NCBI GenBank assembly: GCA_964016885.1
Contig: OZ024765.1
Span: 10,850,001 to 10,914,000, forward strand
DNA from: Eledone cirrhosa
Lineage: Eukaryota
Length of the DNA stretch: 64,000 bases
Direction of reading: 5' to 3'
In this document: piece after piece, positions 24,411-40,931 of the stretch
Layout of the letters: each line of letters begins with the position of its first letter
How positions within the stretch are numbered: position 1 is the stretch's first letter
The notes under the pieces: generated by a model
The model's input: the letters and a program-made list of their open reading frames with translations, nothing else
What the model was told of the DNA's origin: nothing
Database searches by the model: none
Position numbers and translations under genes: made by a program

Positions 24411-26840
24411 ATCACATGTCCATACCATCTCAGTCTCCTCTCCTGCACACTACAATTTATCCCTCTTATACACAGCTTCTCTCTCAACTCATCACATGTC
24501 CATACCATCTCAGTCTTCTCTCCCACACACTACAGCTTATCCCTCTTATACACAGTTTCTCTCTCAACTCATCGCATGTCCATACCATCTCAGTCTCCTC
24601 TCCTGCACACTACAGCTTATCCCTCTCATACACAGTTTCTCTCTCAACTCATCACATGTCCATACCATCTCAGTCTTCTCTCCCACACACTACAACTTAT
24701 CCCTCTTATACACAGCTTCTCTCTCAACTCATCACATGTCCATACCATCTCAGTCTTCTCTCGCGCACACCACAACTTATCCCTCTTATACACAGCTTCT
24801 CTCTCAACTCATCACATGTCCATACCATCTCAGTCTCCTCTCCTGCACACTACAATTTATCCCTCTTATACACAGCTTCTCTCTCAACTCATCACATGTC
24901 CATACCATCTCAGTCTTCTCTCCCGCACACTACAACTTATCCTCTTATACACAGTTTCTCTCTTAACTCATCACATGTCCATACCATCTCAGTCTTCTCT
25001 CCCACACACCACAACTTATCCTTCTTATACACAATTTCTCTCTCAACTCATCACATGTCCATACCATCTCAGTCTTCTCTCCCGCACACTACAACTTATC
25101 CTCTTATACACAGTTTCTCTCTTAACTCATCACATGTCCATACCATCTCAGTTTCCTCTCCTGCACACTACAACTTATCCCTATTATACATAGTTTCTCT
25201 CTCAACTCATCACATGTCCATACCATCTCAGTCTTCTCTCCCGCACACCACAACCTATCCCTATTATACACAGTTTCTCTCTCAACTCATCACATGTCCA
25301 TACCATCTCAGTCTTCTCTCTCGCACACCACAGCTTATCCCTCTCATACACAGTTTCTCTCTCAACTCATCACATGTCCATACCATCTCAGTCTTCTCTC
25401 CCGCACACCACAACTTATCCCTCTTATACACAGCTTCTCTCTCAACTCATCACATGTCCATACCATCTCAGTCTTCTCTCCCACACACAACAACTTATCT
25501 CTGTTATACACAGTTTCTCTCTCAACTCAGCACATGTCCATACCATCTCAGTCTTCTTTCCCACACACAACAACTTATCCCTCTTATACACAGTTTCTCT
25601 CAACTCATCACATGTCCATACCATCTCAGTCTTCTCTCCCACACACCACAACTTATCCCTCTTATACACAGTTTCTCTCAACTCATCACATGTCCATACC
25701 ATCTCAGTCTTCTCTCCCGCACACTACAACTTATCCTCTTATACACAGTTTCTCTCTTAACTCATCACATGTCCATACCATCTCAGTCTTCTCTCCCACA
25801 CACCACAACTTATCCCTCTTATACACAGTTTCTCTCAACTCATCACATGTCCATACCATCTCAGTCTTCTCTCCCACACACCACAACTTATCCCCCTCAT
25901 ACACAGTTTCTCTCTTAACTCATCACATGTCCATACCATCTCAGTCTCCTCTCCTGCACACTACAACTTATCCCTCTTATACACAGTTTCTCTCTCAACT
26001 CATCACATGTCCATACCATCTCAGTCTTCTCTCCCAGACACCACAACTTATCCCTCTTATACACAGTTTCCCTCAACTCATCACATGTCCATACCATCTC
26101 AGTCTCCTCTCCTGCACACTACAACTTATCCCTCTTATACACAGCTTCTCTCTCAACTCATCACATGTCCATACCATCTCAGTCTTCTCTCCCGCACACC
26201 ACAACTTATTCCTCTTATACACAGCTTCTCTCTCAACTCATCGCATGTCCATACCATCTCAGTCTCCTCTCCCACACACTACAACTTATCCCTCTTATAC
26301 ACAGTTTTTCTCTCAACTCATCACATGTCCATACCATCTCAGTCTTCTCTCCCACACACAACAACTTATCTCTGTTATACACAGTTTCTCTCTTAACTCA
26401 TCACATGTCCATACCATCTCAGTCTTCTCTCCCACACACCACAACTTATCCCCCTCATACACAGTTTCTCTCTTAACTCATCACATGTCCATACCATCTC
26501 AGTCTTCTCTCCCACACACCACAACTTATCCCTCTCATACACAGTTTCTCTCTCAACTCATCACATGTCCATACCATCTCAGTCTCCTCTCTCAACTCGT
26601 CACATGTCAATACCATCTCAGTCTTCTCTCCCACACACCACAACTTATCCCTCTTATACCAGCTTCTCTCTCAACTCATCACATGTCCATACCATCTCAG
26701 TCTTCTCTCTCGCACACCACAGCTTATCCCTCTCATACACAGTTTCTCTCTCAACTCGTCACATGTCCATCCCATCTCAGTCTCTTCTCTCCCACACACA
26801 ACAACTTATCCCCCTTAAACACAGTTTCTCTCTCAACACA
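24330..26840. repeat. 80-bp tandem repeat (about 31 copies) derived from RTE coding sequence
   Basis: atcacatgtc at 24331, 24411, 24491 and onward. Unit encodes ELREKLCIRGISCSVxERRLRWYGHV on the minus strand. Confidence 0.95.
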
Positions 26841-26862
26841 TTTTTGTTTGTTTTATTTTCAG

Positions 26863-27063
26863 ACCATGAACCAACCAGTACAGCCAGGTATTGGACTGTC
26901 ACCTACTGCTGGGGGTGGGGCCACAAGCGGTGGACCCCGTATGCCAGCTGCCGGAATCTCTGGGACAGATTTGTTTGGCTCCAAGGCTCCTACCTCTACT
27001 ACTACCACTACTACAACACAATCTCAACCATCGCAACCAAACGACCCTTTTGGTGCTTTGTGA
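26863..27063 (+). CDS. PICALM: Last coding exon of AP180/PICALM: TMNQPVQPGIGLSP...DLFGSKAP...QPNDPFGAL*
   Basis: ttttattttcag acceptor, phase 0. DLF and DPF endocytic-adaptor motifs. C-terminal DPFGAL resembles invertebrate AP180. TGA at 27061-27063. Confidence 0.85.
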   Translation, partial: TMNQPVQPGIGLSPTAGGGATSGGPRMPAAGISGTDLFGSKAPTSTTTTTTTQSQPSQPNDPFGAL

Positions 27064-27103
27064 AAGCCTAACTTTCCACTGCTGGCTGTCATCAAAGTAA
27101 GAC

Positions 27104-27148
<45 letters not shown>

Positions 27149-27227
27149 TTCTCTCTCTCCCCTTTCTCTCTCTCCTTTCTCTCTCTCTCTCTCCCGCCTT
27201 CTCTCTCTCCCTCCTTCTCTCTCTCCC

Positions 27228-27260
<33 letters not shown>

Positions 27261-27321
27261 CTTTCTCTCTCTCTCTCTCTCCTTTCTCTCTCTCTCTCTC
27301 TCCTTTCTCTCTCTCTCTCTC

Positions 27322-27352
<31 letters not shown>

Positions 27353-27584
27353 CTTTCTCTCTCTCTCTCTCTCCTTCTCTCTCTCTCTCCCCCTTTCTCT
27401 CTCTCCCTCTCTCTCTCTGTTTCTCTCTCTCTCTCTCTGCCCTCTCTCTATATATTTATCTATCTTTCTCTCTCTCCCGCCTTCTCTCATCTCCCCCCTC
27501 TCTCTCCCTCTCCCCCTTCTCTCCCCCTCTCCCCCTCTCCCCATTCTCACCCCCCCTCTCTCTCCTTATATAAAATTATTCATT

Positions 27585-27775
27585 GGTGGATTGGCAGTAT
27601 TGGTAGAGGGTAGTACACCATGCTTTGACGCATAGAGTTATGGCCCCTTGCCATTCTGAGTTCAAATCCCGCCAAGGTTAACTTTGCCTTTCATCCTTAC
27701 GAGGTTGATAAAATAAAGTACCAGTAATGCACTGGGCAATTGCTGGCCTTGTGCCAAAAGTAGAAACAATGATTT
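27585..27775 (+). mobile_element. SINE family A
   Basis: Full consensus match, immediately followed by the AT-rich satellite. Confidence 0.85.
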
Positions 27776-30240
27776 CATTACTAAGAAGTAACTTAATGTA
27801 AGGAGGTTCTTATATAAAATTATGTTGGAGTGATTTACTCAAATTATTAATTATTTCATTACTGAGAAGTAACTTTATGTAAGGTTCTTATATAAAATTA
27901 TGTTGGAGGGATTTACTAAAATTATTAATTATTTCATTACTGAGAAGTAACTTTATGTAAGGTTCTTATATAAAATTATGTTGGAGTGATTTACTAAAAT
28001 TATTATTTCATTACTAAGAAGTAACTTAATGTAAGGTTCTTATATAAAATTATGTTGGAGTGATTTACTCAAATTATTAATTATTTCATTACTAAGAAGT
28101 AACTTAATGTAAGGTTCTTATATAAAATTATGTTGGAGTGATTTACTCAAATTATTAATTATTTCATTACTGAGAAGTAACTTTATGTAAGGTTCTTATA
28201 TAAAATTATGTTGGAGTGATTTACTAAAATTATTATTTCATTACTAAGAAGTAACTTAATGTAAGGTTCTTATATAAAATTATGTTGGAGTGATTTACTC
28301 AAATTATTAATTATTTCATTACTGAGAAGTAACTTTATGTAAGGTTCTTATATAAAATTATGTTGGAGGGATTTACTAAAATTATTAATTATTTCATTAC
28401 TGAGAAGTAACTTTATGTAAGGTTCTTATATAAAATTATGTTGGAGTGATTTACTAAAATTATTATTTCATTACTAAGAAGTAACTTAATGTAAGGTTCT
28501 TATATAAAATTATGTTGGCGTGATTTACTCAAATTATTAATTATTTCATTACTGAGAAGTAACTTTATGTAAGGTTCTTATATAAAATTATGTTGGAGTG
28601 ATTTACTAAAATTATTATTTCATTACTAAGAAGTAACTTAATGTAAGGTTCTTATATAAAATTATGTTGGAGTGATTTACTAAAATTATTAATTATTTCA
28701 TTACTGAGAAGTAACTTTATGTAAGGTTCTTATATAAAATTATGTTGGAGTGATTTACTAAAATTATTATTTCATTACTAAGAAGTAACTTAATGTAAGG
28801 TTCTTATATAAAATTATGTTGGAGTGATTTACTAAAATTATTAATTATTTCATTACTGAGAAGTAACTTTATGTAAGGTTCTTATATAAAATTATGTTGG
28901 AGGGATTTACTAAAATTATTATTTCATTACTAAGAAGTAACTTAATGTAAGGTTCTTATATAAAATTATGTTGGAGTGATTTACTCAAATTATTAATTAT
29001 TTCATTACTGAGAAGTAACTTTATGTAAGGTTCTTATATAAAATTATGTTGGAGGGATTTACTAAAATTATTAATTATTTCATTACTGAGAAGTAACTTT
29101 ATGTAAGGTTCTTATATAAAATTATGTTGGAGTGATTTACTAAAATTATTATTTCATTACTAAGAAGTAACTTAATGTAAGGTTCTTATATAAAATTATG
29201 TTGGCGTGATTTACTCAAATTATTAATTATTTCATTACTGAGAAGTAACTTTATGTAAGGTTCTTATATAAAATTATGTTGGAGTGATTTACTAAAATTA
29301 TTATTTCATTACTAAGAAGTAACTTAATGTAAGGTTCTTATATAAAATTATGTTGGAGTGATTTACTAAAATTATTAATTATTTCATTACTGAGAAGTAA
29401 CTTTATGTAAGGTTCTTATATAAAATTATGTTGGAGTGATTTACTAAAATTATTATTTCATTACTAAGAAAGTAACTTAATGTAAGGTTCTTATATAAAA
29501 TTATGTTGGAGTGATTTACTAAAATTATTAATTATTTCATTACTGAGAAGTAACTTTATGTAAGGTTCTTATATAAAATTATGTTGGAGGGATTTACTCA
29601 AATTATTATTTCATTACTAAGAAGTAACTTAATGTAAGGTTCTTATATAAAATTATGTTGGAGGGATTTACTAAAATTATTAATTATTTCATTACTGAGA
29701 AGTAACTTTATGTAAGGTTCTTATATAAAATTATGTTGGAGGGATTTACTAAAATTATTATTTCATTACTGAGAAGTAACTTAATGTAAGGTTCTTATAT
29801 AAAATTATGTTGGAGGGATTTAGTAAAATTATTAATTATTTCATTACTAAGAAGTAACTTAATGTAAGGTTCTTATATAAAATAATGTTGGAGTGATTTA
29901 CTAAAATTATTAATTATTTCATTACTAAGAAGTAACTTAATGTAAGGTTCTTATATAAAATTATGTTGGAGTGATTTACTAAAATTATTAATTATTTCAT
30001 TACTGAGAAGTAACTTTATGTAAGGTTCTTATATAAAATTATGTTGGAGTGATTTACTAAAATTATTATTTCATTACTAAGAAGTAACTTAATGTAAGGT
30101 TCTTATATAAAATTATGTTGGAGTGATTTACTCAAATTATTAATTATTTCATTACTGAGAAGTAACTTTATGTAAGGTTCTTATATAAAATTATGTTGGA
30201 GGGATTTACTAAAAGATGAATACTTAACGTAAGGTTCTGA
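27770..30240. repeat. AT-rich satellite with 74- and 78-bp unit variants
   Basis: aaggttcttatataaaattatgttgg at 27881, 27959, 28033, 28111, 28189, 28263 and onward. Confidence 0.95.
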
Positions 30241-30569
30241 TAAAATTATGTTGGAAGATTTTAATTTGAATTAGAAACCTTTAAAATGGGTGTTTTTATT
30301 TCATAGAGCCAGAGCTGGTTTTGGCTAGGTTGGTAACTAAAGGGTTATGTATGTAGTGGCATTTGTTTGTGCACTTCATAAACAATACACCCCACATTGT
30401 TGATTGGTTTTCTTCCCTTTGTTTATTGAAAGTTGTAACATTGTCAGGGACAAACCCATTTCTTTCGTGAAGATATTTTCATAATTTAATTCATAATTGT
30501 TGTTTTTCTTTTACAATTTTCTTCTGCTACAGATCTTACTTTCTTTTTCTCTTTTTTAAACTCTTTCAG

Positions 30570-30594
30570 GTGCACTTGTGAAGCAAGTACAGCA

Positions 30595-30600
<6 letters not shown>
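30570..30600 (+). other. Candidate start of terminal 3'UTR exon of PICALM
   Basis: Strong acceptor (ttctttttctcttttttaaactctttcag|G) at 30569 pairs with donor AAA|gtaaga at 27097. The exon's end is unknown. Confidence 0.4.
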
Positions 30601-32510
<1,910 letters not shown>

Positions 32511-32810
32511 AACATTATCCAGTGTATATAAGAGAAAACTATCCCAGTCTCCCTGCACACTAAGAAGACGTCGTAAAATATGATCACAGCTTACCCCTTC
32601 TATCTTATCTCTCTCTCTCTTTCTCTCTGCCTCTATCTCACATTCTCACTCTCACTCACACTCACACTCGATACTCGAACACAATGGATATGAAGTGAGA
32701 CTTGGAATGAACCCTACATCAAAGGAATTCTGTTTGACACAGAATGGTTGAGATGTACTCTTTCTTATGGTATCTTTTTATTGTGTTTTTAGCTTTTGGG
32801 TTATATATAC

Positions 32811-32918
<108 letters not shown>

Positions 32919-33135
32919 GCTTTTTGCAAATATTCTGATACCAGTTATCTACTGATAAACATACATATACATACACATAGACATATATATATATAGTATA
33001 AATATTACATATATAGTATGTATTATATATATATGTATAGTATATATTTATATATGTGTAGTATATATCTATATATATATATGTAGTATATATAATATAT
33101 ATGTATATAAGTAATAAATATATAGTATATATTTA

Positions 33136-33199
<64 letters not shown>

Positions 33200-33355
33200 C
33201 TACAGTAATCAGATATATACGGAGTCCAGAGGTAGCGAGACATTTAAAGTATTTACTAAACTCTGTGGATTTGAAACTTAGGCTGAATTTACTATATGGA
33301 AACAAAACAGCTTACCCCTACTCCAAACCTGCTGGGTAGATAGATAGATAAATCT

Positions 33356-33410
<55 letters not shown>

Positions 33411-33411
<1 letters not shown>

Positions 33412-33601
33412 GTGTATACTCGTGTATAAGTTGCCCATTTTTCCATGAAAATTCTGCGTGAAAAAACCCAGCATGTGACTTATCTACTGGACTGGACCTA
33501 CAAAACCTCGATTGAAGCTATGTGGTATATTGTGAATGTTGTACGTGAAAATAGAGGTGCGACTTATCTACTGGGCATAACTTATACGTGAGTATATATG
33601 G
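33411..33601. mobile_element. MITE (DNA transposon derivative)
   Basis: Imperfect TIRs gtatactcgtgtataagttgccc / gggcataacttatacgtgagtatat. Related elements at about 44460-44735 and 46065-46215. Confidence 0.6.
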
Positions 33602-33611
33602 TGTGTGTTTG

Positions 33612-33642
<31 letters not shown>

Positions 33643-33657
33643 ACATATTTACATACT

Positions 33658-33688
<31 letters not shown>

Positions 33689-33841
33689 CATACATAAAAC
33701 AGTTCTGTGTGAGCAAGACACGGTCACCTGAGCCAACTTACCTCAAACAGGACAACCCGTCTAACCCATGCTTGCGTGGAAAATGGACGTTAAATGATGA
33801 TGATGATGATGATGATGATATACATATATACATACATACAT

Positions 33842-33877
<36 letters not shown>

Positions 33878-33925
33878 GTGAAACAATCAATGACTGTTAT
33901 AATAATGATAATAATGATGATGACG

Positions 33926-33961
<36 letters not shown>

Positions 33962-34436
33962 TGGATGGTTGGCCAGAAAAAGAGAAATATAGAGCCTGAG
34001 TTAAACTGGAGAGATAGGGAGTGAGAGAGAAAAATATGTCTCACCATCCCTCCTTTTTTGTGACACATTTCTTGCTGCTATTCCCCCACACACCACCACC
34101 GTTAGTCAGTATCCTCCACCTACCCTCTCACTTACTCAGTAGCCACCTCAAAATAGTAGCTTAATCTTTAGCACGCTATAAATGTTATGAATTGCTTCCC
34201 TTGAGACAGTATTATGTATTCAGGGGAGATTATTCTGTTGGTGACATAATGCACCTTGAGCATCCAGAAAGTTAAATGTACCACTGCCCCCTACACTCAC
34301 ACAAACACCTGTTCGGGTCACCCTCCTCCACATGCCTTCTCCCTGCATCTTAAAAAAGAAGTGAAGTTTAAAATGGTCTGATCTAATGTAATAATAACAA
34401 CAATAACAATAATAATACTTACAATTAATAATTATA

Positions 34437-34990
34437 GCTTTGCCTTTCATCCTTACGGTGTCGATAAAATAAAATACTGGTAATACACTGGGGTCGATTT
34501 AATTGACTTTCCCCTCCCCTTCAAATTGCTGGCCTTGAGCCTAAAGTAGAATCAATTTTATTATTACAGAGCAGTGGACGGTGCGGTGGATTGGCAGTAT
34601 CGGTAGAGGGTCGGATGCCATGTTTTCCAGCATAGTTACGTCCCTTTACGATCTGAGTTCAAATCCCGCCGAGGTTGACTTTGCCTTTCATCCTTACGGG
34701 GTCGATAAAATAAAGTACCAGTAATGCACTGGGGTAATTGCTGGCCTTGTGCCTAAAGTAGAAACAACTATTACAGAGCAGTGGATTGGCATTATGGACA
34801 AGTTTTATGGCATATAGTTACGTCCCTTTACATTCTGAGTTCAAATCCCGCCAAGGTTAGCTTTGCCTTTCATCCTTATGGGATCAATAAAATAAAGTAT
34901 TTGTAACAAACTGGGGTGGCTTTAATTGACTCGCCCCTCTCCTTGAAAATTGTTGACCTTGCGCCTAAATCAGAAACAATTATTATTATT
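34437..34990 (+). mobile_element. Three tandem SINE-A copies
   Basis: Consensus matches. Confidence 0.85.
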
Positions 34991-35309
34991 ATTATTAAAA
35001 TGATAATAAAGATGATGATTATAATTATAATTAACGTATTAGGAGACTTAGAGACAGTGGATAGAATTTTCAATGGTTGGTTGAAGAAGGATAAATTTCC
35101 TGACTTTACACATACCCTACCTTATAAGGCTGCGGAAGAACAGCTTGATTAATAGTAATCCAAATAGTGGCAGAGTAACATTGAAATGGTGAGAAACAGA
35201 AGAAAAATAATGGGGAAAACTGAAAACAGAAAGAATACCTATAATAATAGATGATCTAGGAATGATAAAAACACAGACAGATACATAACCAAAACCCCAA
35301 GACTTACAA

Positions 35310-36850
35310 ATATATACTGTATATATATTATATAGAGTACCACAGGACTTACAAATATATATAGCATACAGAAGATAGCATTACTAGGTACTGTATATAT
35401 ATTATATAGAGTACCACAGCACTTACAAATATATACAGCATACAGAAGATAACACTACTCTACTAGGTACTGTATATATACAGTACCTAGTAGTGTTATC
35501 TTTTGTAAGCTATATATATTTGTAAGTCCTGTGGTACTCTATATAATATATATACAGTACCTAGTAGTGTTATCTTTTGTAAGCTGTATGTAAATATATA
35601 CAGCTTACAAAATACACAAGCTTACAAGATAACACTACTAGGTACTGTATATATATTATATAGAGTACCACAGGACTTACAAATATATACAGCTTACAGA
35701 AGATAGCATTACTAGGTACTGTATATATATATTATATAGAGCACCACAGGACTTACAAATATATACAGCTTACAGAAGATAGCATTACTAGGTACTGTAT
35801 ATATATATTATATAGAGCACCACAGGACTTACAAATATATACAGTATACAGAAGATAACACTACTAGGTACTGTATATATATTATATAGACTACCACAGG
35901 ACTTACAAATATATACAGCTTACAAAAGATAACACTACTAGATACTGTATATATATTATATAGAGTACCACAGGACTTACATATATATACAGCATACAGA
36001 AGATAACACTACTAGGTACTGTATATATATTATATAGAGTACCACAGGACTTACATATATATACAGCATACAGAAGATAACACTACTAGGTACTGTATAT
36101 ATATTATATAGAGTACCACAGGACTTACATATATATACAGCATACAGAAGATAACACTACTAGGTACTGTATATATATTATATAGAGTACCACAGGACTT
36201 ACATATATATACATTATACAGAAGATAACACTACTAGGTACTGTATATATATTATATAGACTACCACAGGACTTACAAATATATACAGCTTACAAAAGAT
36301 AACACTACTAGGTACTGTATATATATTATATAGAGTACCACAGGACTTACATATATATACAGCATACAGAAGATAACACTACTAGGTACTGTATATATAT
36401 TATATAGAGTACCACAGGACTTACATATATATACAGCATACAGAAGATAACACTACTAGGTACTGTATATATATTATATAGAGTACCACAGGACTTACAT
36501 ATATATACAGCATACAGAAGATAACACTACTAGGTACTGTATATATATTATATAGAGTACCACAGGACTTACATATATATACATTATACAGAAGATAACA
36601 CTACTAGGTACTGTATATATATTATATAGACTACCACAGGACTTACAAATATATACAGCTTACAAAAGATAACACTACTAGGTACTGTATATATATTATA
36701 TAGAGTACCACAGGACTTACATATATATACAGCATACAGAAGATAGCACTATGAGGTACTGTATATATATTATATAGAGTACCACAGGACTTACAAATAT
36801 ATACAGCATACAGAAGATAACACTACTAGGTACTGTATATATATTACAAA
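35310..36850. repeat. 74-bp tandem repeat (about 20 copies) with internal inversion
   Basis: ctaggtactg at 36012, 36086, 36160 and onward. Units are reversed at about 35476-35590. Confidence 0.95.
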
Positions 36851-38136
36851 AAGTACTATTAATACAATAGAAACAGCAGCAAAAACTCTACTGCACATAC
36901 CCAAGGTACACAGAGCTGTGCTCAGTAATGCAGTAATGATGTGCAATAAAAATAATAATAAGAGAAAATAAGGCACTGCATACATATATTATGTAGAATA
37001 CTTTTAATACAATTGAAATAACACCACCTAAAACTACACTGCACATACCCAAGGCCCACAGAGCTGTGCTCTGTAATGCAGTGTTGACTGACAATAATAA
37101 TGTGACGGTTATATCTAATGGTGAAATGAGTCTAACACTATAAATACCTATTGGTGTTATGTGAACTGGTGGGATCTGAATCTACTAGAATTCAACAACT
37201 GTTCCTACTCTTAGTGGTTTGTGTATGTGTGACGCCTGAACAAATATCCTCCATCTGTCTTACCCTCCGTCTCTTAGTCCCGGCTGACAGGACGGAGGTC
37301 AAATAATGATAACGATTTAATTTATTGGCCACAAGGGCCAACATATAGGGGGCAGTACAAAGACGGACAGTGGGGGGTTTACAATAAAATTGAATGAAAA
37401 TGCACAATAACGAAACCAATTTAACAATGGAAAAATATAAAAATAGAATATATATATAAAAATATAACAAAATAAATTCCCCAAATGGCGGGGTGAACCA
37501 CCCAACTCTTCTCGAGGGCATCCCTCTATTCTGCAATGTTAATAATAATACTAAACCTGCCAGGTACCTCTGTCCCGCTCCAGAAAGACTTTACTGGATT
37601 TTTCTCACCTGTTATTTATAGTGATTGACTATTATTGTAGTCACTTGTGTTGCGACGTACACACACTGAAAACTTCAGTGATCTAACAGTTTGAATATTA
37701 AAATAAATCAAAGCAAAACCACCATTTCTGGCATATACAGGAGACAGACATTCCCCCCCTCTCTCTCTCTTTCTCTATGCCCTCTTTCTCTATTTCTTTC
37801 TGGCTCTCTCTTTTTATCTTTCTATTTCTCTATCTTTCTCTCAGTCTCTCTCTCCCCCTCTTTCTCACCTCCTTCTTTCTCCCCCCCCCTCACTCTCTCT
37901 ATATATATATCCCTATTTATCTCTCATTATCTCTTTATATCTCTCATTCTCCCTCTCTCTCTCTCCCCCTCCCTCCTCTCTCTCTCTCTCTGCCCTCTTT
38001 CTGGCTCTCTCTATCTTTCTCTCAGTCCTACTCTCTCTCTCTCTCTCTCTCTCAATATATATATATCTCATTCTCTCTCTCCATATCTCTCTTCCTTTCT
38101 CTTTCTGGTCACATCCCATACTTATACACACCATCA

Positions 38137-38184
<48 letters not shown>

Positions 38185-38314
38185 CATTAGTGCTGGTACT
38201 TTGTAAGGAAGTAATTTTTATCATGGGGGTATACAGTTTAGGTGATGATGATGATGGTGATAATGATATATAATTGTCTGTGTGTGTATATATATATATG
38301 CACAAACATACATT

Positions 38315-38396
<82 letters not shown>

Positions 38397-38499
38397 AAAT
38401 GAGGTTGGTGTTAGGAAGGGCATCCAGCTGTAGAAATGAAACCAGAATCAGTTCCTGTCCCACCCTTGCAAGCAGGGAAAAGCGGACGTAAAATGATGA

Positions 38500-39096
38500 T
38501 ATATACAGACATACATATATATATATATACAGACATATATATATATATATATGCACAAACATACATTCATATATATATATATATATGTGCAGACATTCAT
38601 ATATATATATATACATGTGCAGACATTCATATATATATATATACACAAAAATACATTCATACATACATATATATATATATACAGACATTCATATATATAT
38701 ATATATACACACAAACATACATTCATACATATATATATACACAAACATACATTCATACATATATATATATATATATATACAAACATTCATATATATATAT
38801 ATATATATACACAAACATACATTCATACATATATATATACACAAACATACATTCATACATACATATATATATATATATACAGACATTCATATATATATAT
38901 ATATACACAAACATACATTCATACATATATATATATATATATACAAACATTCATATATATATATATATATATACACAAACATACATTCATACATACATAT
39001 ATATATATATATACAGACATTCATATATATATATATATATACACAAACATACATTCATACATATATATATATACACACATTCATATATATATATAT
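38500..39096. repeat. Compound repeat acaaacatacattcat(at)n
   Basis: Direct inspection. Confidence 0.9.
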
Positions 39097-39154
39097 CGTG
39101 AGAATGAGTACTCAATACTAAAGTAGAGATAAATAGTTTTGTTAAGGTTGAAAC

Positions 39155-39258
39155 AGCGTCCTTGTTCTCTACAGTTACACCTGTATGTTCTCAGGGTCAT
39201 CAGACAAGACTGATGACCCTGTGAAGACACAGGTGTAACTGTAGAGAATGAGGGCGCT
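39155..39258. repeat. Fold-back hairpin of two head-to-head hammerhead-like halves
   Basis: ttctctacagttacacctgt...cagggtcatcag-acaaga-ctgatgaccctg...acaggtgtaactgtagagaa. Confidence 0.85.
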
Positions 39259-40132
39259 CTGGGGGTCAATTTAGACTTCCATCCTTACAGGGGTTGATTC
39301 CCTCAAGCCCCCCCCCCTCCCCTATCTTCCCTTCCAGTTGCTGGCCTTGTGCCAAATGTAGAAACTATTATTATTAATAATAAAGGATGGTGGATTGGCA
39401 GCAGTATCGGTAGAGCGTTGGACACCATGCTGTGTGGCATAGAGTTACGGCCCTTTACGTTCTGAGTTCAAAATCCACTGAGGTTAGCTTTGCCTCTCAT
39501 CCTTACGGGGGTCGATAAAATAAAGTACCAGTAATGTACTGGGGTAATTGCTGGCCTTGTGCCAACAGTAGAAACAATTGTTAATAATGGATGGTGGTTT
39601 GGCGGTATCGGTAGAGCGTTGGACACCATGCTGTGGGGCATAGAGTTACGGCCCTTTACCTACCGAGGTTAACTTTGCCTTTCATCCTTACGGGGGTCGA
39701 TAAAATAAAGTACCAGTAATGTACTGGGGTTGATTTAATCGACTTGCCCCTTTCCCCAATAACATTGTTGGCCTTGCCCCTAAATCAGAAACTATTATTC
39801 TTCTTATTATTATTAAAGTCGAGGGCTGTAGATTGGCAGAATCGGTAGAGCGTCGGACACCATGCACCGTGGCATAGAGTTACGGCCCTTTACGTTCTGA
39901 ATTCAAATCGCATCGAGGGTAGCCTTGCCTTTCATCCTTACAGGGTCGGTAAAATAAATTACCAGTAATGCACTGGGGTCGATTTAATTGACGTTTCCCC
40001 TCCCCTTTAAATTGCTGGCCTTGTGCCTAAATAAGAAACCATTTTTAATAGTAGTAGTAGTAGTAGTAGTAGTAGGAGGAGAAATTGTGATGTAGTGGAG
40101 CAAATGCTGGTAAACCCTGTTCCATTGCTCAC

Positions 40133-40180
40133 CTCTAGTGCCAGCCCCCTGTCCCTTTTACTTAAGCCGAATTCTCAGGT
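40133..40180 (-). CDS. Candidate alternative last coding exon (D)LRIRLK*, or 3'UTR exon, of the minus-strand gene
   Basis: cattctacag acceptor and GAG|gtgagc donor. Unique sequence embedded in a SINE cluster. Confidence 0.35.
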
Positions 40181-40931
40181 CTGTAGAATGCCAACTAACA
40201 GTCAAGTACGGAGTAGGCGGGTGGGGTGGGGGTGGCGAGAGGGGAGTTTAGTTCATTGACTATACTTACCTCCACCACCACCACCACCACCACCTTCCTT
40301 CTCCTCCCTGTCCCCTCAAATGTGTGGCCCTCTGTGCCAATATAAGAAACAATTATTACTATCATCATCATCATCATCATGTGTTCTTTTGGTCGATTTA
40401 ATCAACTTCGCCCTCCCCCAAATTGCTGGCCTTGTGCCCATACTATAAATCATTATTATTATTATTAATAGTAGGGCGGTGGATTGGCAGTATCGGTAGA
40501 GGGTCGGACACCATGTTAGGGCAGTGGATTGGCAGTATCGGTAGAGGGTCGGACACCATGTTAGGGCGGTGGATTGGCAGTATCGGTAGAGGGTCGGACA
40601 CCATGTTAGGGCGGTGGATTGGCAGTATCGGTAGAGGGTCGGACACCCTGCTTCATGACAGAGTTATGCCCCTTTATGTTCTGAGTTCAAATCCCGCCAA
40701 AAAAGCTTTGCTTTTTATCCTTACCAGGGGGATCAATAAAATAAAGTACCAGTAATGCACTAGGGTTGATTTGTATCGTTTTTCCTTCTCCTCCCAAAAT
40801 TGCTGGCCTTGTGCCTAAATCAGAAACAATTATTATTATTATTATTATTACCATCATCATCATCACTGAAACAGTAAGTCAAGTTTGCCTGTTCATCTGT
40901 GTATCCAAAGTTTTGGTAGAATCCGCACCAG

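Noticed and set aside
24031-26862. 300-590-aa H/S/T-rich ORFs
   Set aside because: Produced by the 80-bp tandem repeat. Only the last 66 codons of the 25294-27063 ORF are the real exon.
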